DNA of 64,000 bases from assembly GCA_900088475.1 (NCBI GenBank), contig FLMG01000941.1:186001-250000 (forward strand). Direction: 5' to 3'. This DNA comes from Hyphochytrium catenoides (taxonomy: Eukaryota; Protista; Hyphochytriomycota). Under the pieces are notes generated by a model. The model had not been told where the DNA came from and did not search any database. It was given only the letters and a program-made list of their open reading frames with translations. Shown here piece after piece: positions 56,109-64,000 of this stretch (position 1 is its first letter; every line of letters begins with the position of its first letter). The translations under genes and the position numbers were made by a program.

Positions 56109-56578
56109 ACCACGACTGCATCATCGTGCAGAGAGAAATCAGTTTTATTGTCTGGTGGCCGATTCTTAGGAGACTTAGCCGAAAGTAATAGCGAAGCATT
56201 CGCGAGTTAAGAGAAATCTTTACATTTTCTACGAAAACAATTAGTTGCAATAACAGTTGTAATCGTATTTTTTCAAGGTCCGAAGTTATTAAAAAAGGGT
56301 GCACGGGGTAACGAGAAAAGGAAGCGTTGGTGGTGTGCTGGTGATCAGAATGAGAGTTGATGGTTCTGATGGAGGCGAGTGGTAGAGCTTTTTCATCGCC
56401 AATCTGCAGTTCTCGGAGAGCTCCGCTGGACGCTTAGCTGACTATTGAAGATTTTAATTCATTATGAAGACCAGGGAGCGCCCTGCCTAAGCTTATGTCT
56501 CTCGGAACACTGAAGCAACGACACCACTTCTCTAGTTAGCTTACACGCCGATTAGGGCGGTCCAGAGGTTAAAGAAGG

Positions 56579-58147
56579 ATGAGGGTCCTCCGGGCAAAGC
56601 AGATTAGAAAGGCGCTCAAATTCTATAGAATAGCTTATGGGATCACCGAGCCCTATCAGGTCCACCATTTGAGGTGCCTCAGAGACTTCTTTCCTTCGTT
56701 CCTGACACCTTACTCTTCGTGACAGATTCTTTTAGATGGGAACTTCATTGTCATCGCCTTTCAGATGAAACTCGACATCAAGAGCCGTTTGCCCAAGTTC
56801 TTGCAGGCGGATAAGTACAAGCTGCTCACCACTCGCTGTGTGGTGAACGAAATGGAGCAGCTTGGCACCGCCTTTGAGAAGGCCGTGGTGTTCGCTCGGG
56901 AGGAGTGCAAGATCAAGAACTGTGGGCACAAGGAGCCTTTGGCTGCTAATGAATGCCTGCTTTCACTTATCGGTACATCCTTTGATTTCTCACAGCTTGA
57001 ACGCCTCGCTCCTCGCCAAATTGGCGCTTTGGCCCTTCTATCTCATGTATAGCACTCTTCTCCTGTTGTCTTGATCGTCCCTCTTCTTCCGTTCTCTTGT
57101 CTTTATGGTCTCTCATCCGCGACGATGACTCCCACACTCCACACTCTCAGCACCTGTCTCCACGCTATGAACTCTCTCTATGTCGTCTTGGCACTGGTGT
57201 CTAGTGTGCCCTTCCAAGGCTGTCTGCCCTTAGCAGTATAACCTACCTTTCTTGCCAACCATCACATCGGTCTGACCATCGACCTGCAATGTGTAAAAGG
57301 AAACGATAATCCAGAAAAGCTCTTCGTCGGCACACAAGATGAGGAGCTGAGAGGGTCGTTGAGGAGTGTCCCTGGCACGCCGCTATTTTATATGAATAGA
57401 GCGGTTTTAGTCTTCGAACAACCCAGTCAGGCGACCAAAGAAGCGTCAGAGAAGGTATATGTCGAGGTTGATGGGAAAGTAAATAGGTGCCCAGGCATAG
57501 GATTGAAGCCTTTCTCTTATGTCCGTTTCTGATCGTGTCAGCTCTCTGAGCGTTCTTGGCTTGATAACTGTGGCCTCCTTCTACTGCCTGCTCCCTCTTT
57601 CTTCTGCGTTGTCTGTAACTTCTTTTACGTGGTGGCGGCATATTCTCTCGTTCTTGCCCACCTCTGTACAAATATGCACGCTCCCCTATGTTTCTGAGTC
57701 ACATGTCACTAGCTTCTCCACTTCCGCAACCTGTGAGTTGTCAACTTGTGTCCATTTGCCTTGCCAATGATGGCACCTCATTCTGCTGCTACGCTTACTT
57801 CCGGGTTGATGCCCCTGCTCCTGCGTTGACTTTCTACCTCTTGTTTGCCTCTCCTAATGCAGAAAGAGCAGCAAAAGCTAGCACCGGCCAAGAGCATTGA
57901 GAAGAAACTTTTGGACGAGGCCAAGAAGGACGAAGCCCCTGCGACGCCTGTTACCCCTAAGTCAAGGTTAAAGAGGAAGGCGCATGGTCCAAACCCTCTC
58001 TCTTGCAAGAAGAAGAAGATCAAGACAAGTGGCGAGGAAGGAAACGGGCAACTAGGATCAGAAAATGGTCAGGATGGGGCTTTAGCTGGAAAGAAGAGGA
58101 AGCGTAAGAGAAAGAAGGGGAAGAAAACCACAGATGCGACAGCCTAA
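56579..58147 (+). CDS. UTP23: rRNA-processing PIN-domain protein Utp23
   Basis: MRVLRAKQIRKALKFY...EPYQILLDGNF, TTRCVVNEM, CGH...ECL, GTQDEELR...VPGTPL and KRKAHGPNPLSCKKKK. Confidence 0.93.
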
Positions 58148-59076
58148 CCCGAGGAGCGTTAGGCTTGCGACCCAAAGAGACAGGAGCCAGAAGCCTTACC
58201 CCAGTGGAAATATTGGACAAGGAGCTCTCCAGCATCATATGAACTTGAAGCTGCTTGTCACTGGTTCGCTTTCGCGGAATTCCTCTCATCCCAGTCGAGG
58301 AGTGAGCGGTCATCCACCTTGTATTAGAATGTCTAGTTATTTATAAGCACTCCACATCACAGCAAAACAGCGATCCAACAAGTATTTTTAGCTCTGCCTC
58401 TACCCCTCTCCCGCCTACTCGCGATGGTGCAGACAAGTGGCAGGAGAGGAGTCCTCGGTGGATGAGTAAGAACATCCCATTCATACTTGGAGATAAGATA
58501 TAGCATTGGACCTTCCGGCGGTGATAAGGTTGTTCAAACCTATGCTGAGACTACTCGCTCTGAGACTACTCGCCATGAAGAAGCTTACAAGCACTGACGG
58601 AGCAGCACACTGGATGAGACAACAAATCCACCATAGACCATAACAGACTCCCAAGAAGAACCGGAAGATAACGCAGCTGCTTAAGAAAAACCAAACAGCA
58701 GCCGCATTGCCGATATAGCATAACCCTCCGCCCCCGTTGTTTGTCAGGGAGTGCGTCATGCTCTACCTAGCCTGCTCTCTTTCGCTCACCTGAGACTTGG
58801 GCCAACTTTTCCCAATAGTCTTCAACAACAATTCTGAAGAATCTTTAGTTGGAGTGCTACAGTAACAGATATGCCTCATCCCTGGAAAGTTTCTGATTCT
58901 CTGCTCGGGAGACTCAAGAGAATTACGAATGCTCCGGCTCAGTCCTGGAGGAGCTCTGACGTGATGTCGTTTAGATTAGAGATGAGATTCGTGTGATGGT
59001 CCTCCACCCAGAAGGTAAGGTAAGGTAACACTCTTCTTCCTTCCATCACAGGCGAGGGAGACAGAGAAGGAGAGTC

Positions 59077-59138
<62 letters not shown>

Positions 59139-59388
59139 CGGACAGAAGAGAGAAAAGAGTGGAAGCGCTTTAGACGAGACACTTCTAGAAAAAAAGTAGC
59201 AAAGGAAGAGACAACAAGGCTCTGATAAGCCTCTCTTGCACCCTCCCCACAGCGGATTCATCCTATCATCACCTCAGGACATAAGAAATAGCGATTACCG
59301 CCGCAGCCTCTCACTCTCTACCTCTGTCAGTGCAGACTAGAGCTCTTCCTTACGTCACGTGACAGTATTCCTGCTGATACCGGCGACG

Positions 59389-61587
59389 ATGCCTATCAAG
59401 ACCTATATTCACTATGAAGAGGGGCCAGAGGAGCTCCACACTACCCTGAAGATGACAGTCCCCAAGAAATGGGAAGAGTATGAGGTAGAGAAGCTGAAGG
59501 AGGTACGCTGAGGCGCATACTTGCAACTAGTTACTTCGTCGCCAGACAACAGCTTTTTATCTCTTCATTAACGTATGCTGTAGCAGACACTTTCTCTCCT
59601 AGTCGCTCGCGGTTTGGGATGGCTGCCTTCTCTTGATCATAGTTGCCTTCTCCCTACTCATCTCTCCGTGTCTCTCGCTATCGCTATCTCTCTATCTCTT
59701 ACTCTAAGTTTCTTTTTCCTTCTTTCGCCATTGTCTCTCTTTCTCTCGCTCGCTAACGGTTCTTTCTGGCCGAATACTGCCATAGTTCTTCATTGAGTTC
59801 TACAACAAGAAGCACCCTTCAAACCTGCTATCAGCAGAGAACGTGCACTTTACGAAGCAGAGGTAAGAGCGATAGGGAAAGCTAATCGCTGGTCTATCGT
59901 CGTTGTTTACGTGATAACGTCCCTGTTTATGGTCTTGAGGTCCAGACCTCTCAATTGTTCGTTCTCCTTTTAGTGTGCTTCCCTTCAACTGGCGTCATAC
60001 GGTTGGCAGGTCCTGGGATCTCCCTATTTCTGGCCCACGGCTCACAGCTCTGCACTTCGTTGACCTAAAACAGTGGGAAGGTAATACGGGATCAGGCAAA
60101 GATCAATGCTAGCATAGAGGATAGGGAAGATATTTATATCAAGAAAGGTGGGAGCGCCCGCGCTGTCTGATTGCTTCCATTTCAGCGGCTTTGGCCCTCT
60201 GGTCTTCCTCTTTGTGGCTCCTCTCTTTTCCCTTCTCTTATATCCTAACCCTAGTCAACATCATACCTGGCGTTATGCTCCTTCAAACACTCCACCTTTG
60301 TGGGCTAGCTGCATTGTGTCTGTCTTCCTTCCGCTGCCTGGCAATACTGCTTTATTCTTCTTCGTTGTTGTTGTTGACACAACACACGCACTTGCTCTTT
60401 CAGGGGCAGCTCCGGCTGTTGTTGAAGAAAAAGTCCCTGAAGCGAAAGAGTCAACTGCCAAGCCCTCAGCCTCCGCAGGTATGCCGCGTGATGAGTGTTC
60501 TTAGGACTCCCTCTCTGTGTGAGATTCTCACCATTATAGCCTGTGATCTTGTGCAACTTGCATAGATTCTCCGGCCTGTTTCGTCTTGTTCCCAAAGTAT
60601 AGTTTTTAAGGTGTAACTCTGGGATAATTGTTATGATGCTCTGTTCTTATAGGAACTCTTCGTCTTATGGAATTCATATAGACTTCTTTTCATCCTACTT
60701 CCATGCGGTGTCTGTTTACTAATCTTTCCCCCTGCTCTCCTAGTACGCTGCAAGAACTATGGCTGCAATAAGATGTTTGAGCCGACTGAGAACTCTCCAA
60801 CAGCGTGCAAGCACCACTCCGGACCCCCTGTCTTCCACGATCTAAAGAAAGGCTGGTCATGCTGCCCGAAGATGGTCTATGACTGGGATGAGTTCGAGAA
60901 GTTAGAGGTATTGAGACCACCCCGCCGTCTCTCCTTACACACCCAGGATGTCTTTGGTGCAAGTTTCCCCTTTCCCACACTAGAGCCAGCGTTTCAAATT
61001 GACTGAGGATCTCGTCACAAACTCTTATCTCGCTTGCTTCATCTTACGCGCTCCTAGGAGATGTCTTATGCGTCGACTGCGAAGGCCCTCTGTCACTAGG
61101 CCAGTACTGATCCTCAGTCCGTCTTTGTTTACCCCAGGGCTGCTGCACGGGACCTCATGATACAACGGATCCCAAGGTCAAGTTCTCTCCCTCGCCAACA
61201 GTAGCAGCTGCTGCCGCGGCAGACCAATCTTCCTCGTCTCTCCCAGCCGCTCCCCCAGCACCTGTGCTGAAGTCCATCGACGACTATAATAAGGCCAATC
61301 CTACCGCAGTGACAGCAGCGGGACAAGCCGCCAAGAAAATGACGGCTCCGGCTCCAAAGAGAACAGATGGAAAAGCACGCTGTACGAACTTCGGTTGCTT
61401 CCAAGACTACGTGATAGCGGAGAACAATGACACAGCGTGCCGGCACCATACCCAGAACGGTGTGTTCCACGATGCGGCGAAGTTTTGGGGTTGCTGCTCC
61501 GATGTCAAGAAGTATGACTTTGATGAGTTTATGAAAATACCTGGCTGCGTAGTCTCAAGACATAATGATGGGAGCGGACAGGCATAA
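59389..61587 (+). CDS. CHORD-domain protein: two CHORD Zn domains after an ~85-aa N-terminal domain; no CS domain
   Basis: CKNYGC..CKHHSGPPVFHDLKKGWSCC..DWDEFEKLEGCCTGPH and CTNFGC..CRHH..VFHDAAKFWGCC..DFDEFMKIPGCVVSRH. Confidence 0.9.
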
Positions 61588-62569
61588 ATAAAAGTTGTCC
61601 ACGTAGGAGCTTCTAGATTGCGTGTCTGCCTTGCCCTTCCCTTCTCCTCCCTCGTTTTTTGTCCTCGCCATGTCACCCTGACAGCACGAGGGCTAGCGTG
61701 AAAGGGACGCTTTTTCTTGACGCTGCCAGGCATCGGAGGTATTTTTCAAATAGCATGCCAGGCAGCAGACAAGCGTCTCAATTATGGCGCATTGACTCTC
61801 TTTCTTCTTTCCACTTTCTCGGTCGTCTATGTAATACGCTTACATCTGGTCGACACGCGAGATCTCAGCTACTTCTTGATCCAGAGCGCGTCATGACATA
61901 CTCACACACACAGTGAGGTGCTGCCTTAGAGGCACACCAGCGCTTACCCTTGTCCTTGCGAGATGGATTGCAATCAGATGGTCGCGGAACCTGATGATAC
62001 CGCTTCTACAAGCGCTTTGTGCGCAGGCACGCATGGCCCGTTGTGAGCATCTAAACGCTGTCTCAGAGAAAACATTAAGTGAGATAAAGAAGCTGCTGTT
62101 CCGGACTTTTGAGAGTTGCTGGTCACGCTGCACTTGAGAGAGCGTTATTGTGATCACAGCGCGAGGAACCGCTGCAAAATCACGGTCACCGACGTTCTCA
62201 GTCACTTCTACTGATTCCGTCCTCGTGCTATGTATCGCCCTCCGATAGGGTATGAATTGCGAGCGAAGATGGATCATATGAATGGAGACAGAGGGACCGA
62301 TCGTGAGAAAGGGGCAGAAAGAACGTCAGCGGGTAAATTTGGTCTTTCTATTGTGGTAGATGATGGTATGATACCACGGTGGGTAAGGTATATTGTGGTT
62401 GAGTTCCCTGTGGATGCACTTGCAGGGAATCCGTCTCTACTTACAGGAGGAAGAAATGACTGAGAGAAAGAGGGATATTCGACAAGAGTGAAGAAGAAAG
62501 CAAACATATCACAGACTGGAGTGACACAACGAGAGAAGCTTTAAGCGAAAATTCACTAGGATGTGTCAG

Positions 62570-64000
<1,431 letters not shown>

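Noticed and set aside
58481-58759. 92-aa hydrophobic minus-strand ORF with a small 14-bp tandem duplication
   Set aside because: No family motifs or supporting exon structure.
61659-62507. Short ORFs between the convergent CHORD and kinase genes
   Set aside because: No motifs; probably 3' UTR or intergenic sequence.

Overview
Eukaryotic nuclear DNA, gene-dense and intron-rich (mostly GT-AG), with many (GA/CT)n microsatellites and N-masked runs. The protein families look stramenopile-like (inference). Housekeeping genes: ADSS (3' end off-window), a bZIP factor, PINX1/Gno1, cis-prenyltransferase, MAM33/p32, a GaaA-like oxidoreductase, SPT16, prefoldin 2, prohibitin 2, UTP23, a CHORD protein and a PKA/PKG-like kinase (5' end off-window). 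Unusual items: (1) a 4.78-kb Ty3/Gypsy-like LTR element with identical TG..CG LTRs and a GTAC target duplication. It encodes Gag and integrase but no recognisable protease, RT or RNase H, and it carries a -1 frameshift/pseudoknot signal and a central copy of the PPT. It sits about 290 bp upstream of an uninterrupted Fic-domain ORF. (2) A spliced gene joining two Arb2/FAM172-like alpha/beta-hydrolase domains, a degenerate FYVE-like zinc finger and an RSK/S6K-like AGC kinase. (3) A 2-Cys peroxiredoxin fused to a WCGKC thioredoxin. (4) A 173-bp MITE with an 8-bp target duplication. All gene models were spliced by eye and all family calls come from motif recognition, not database searches.
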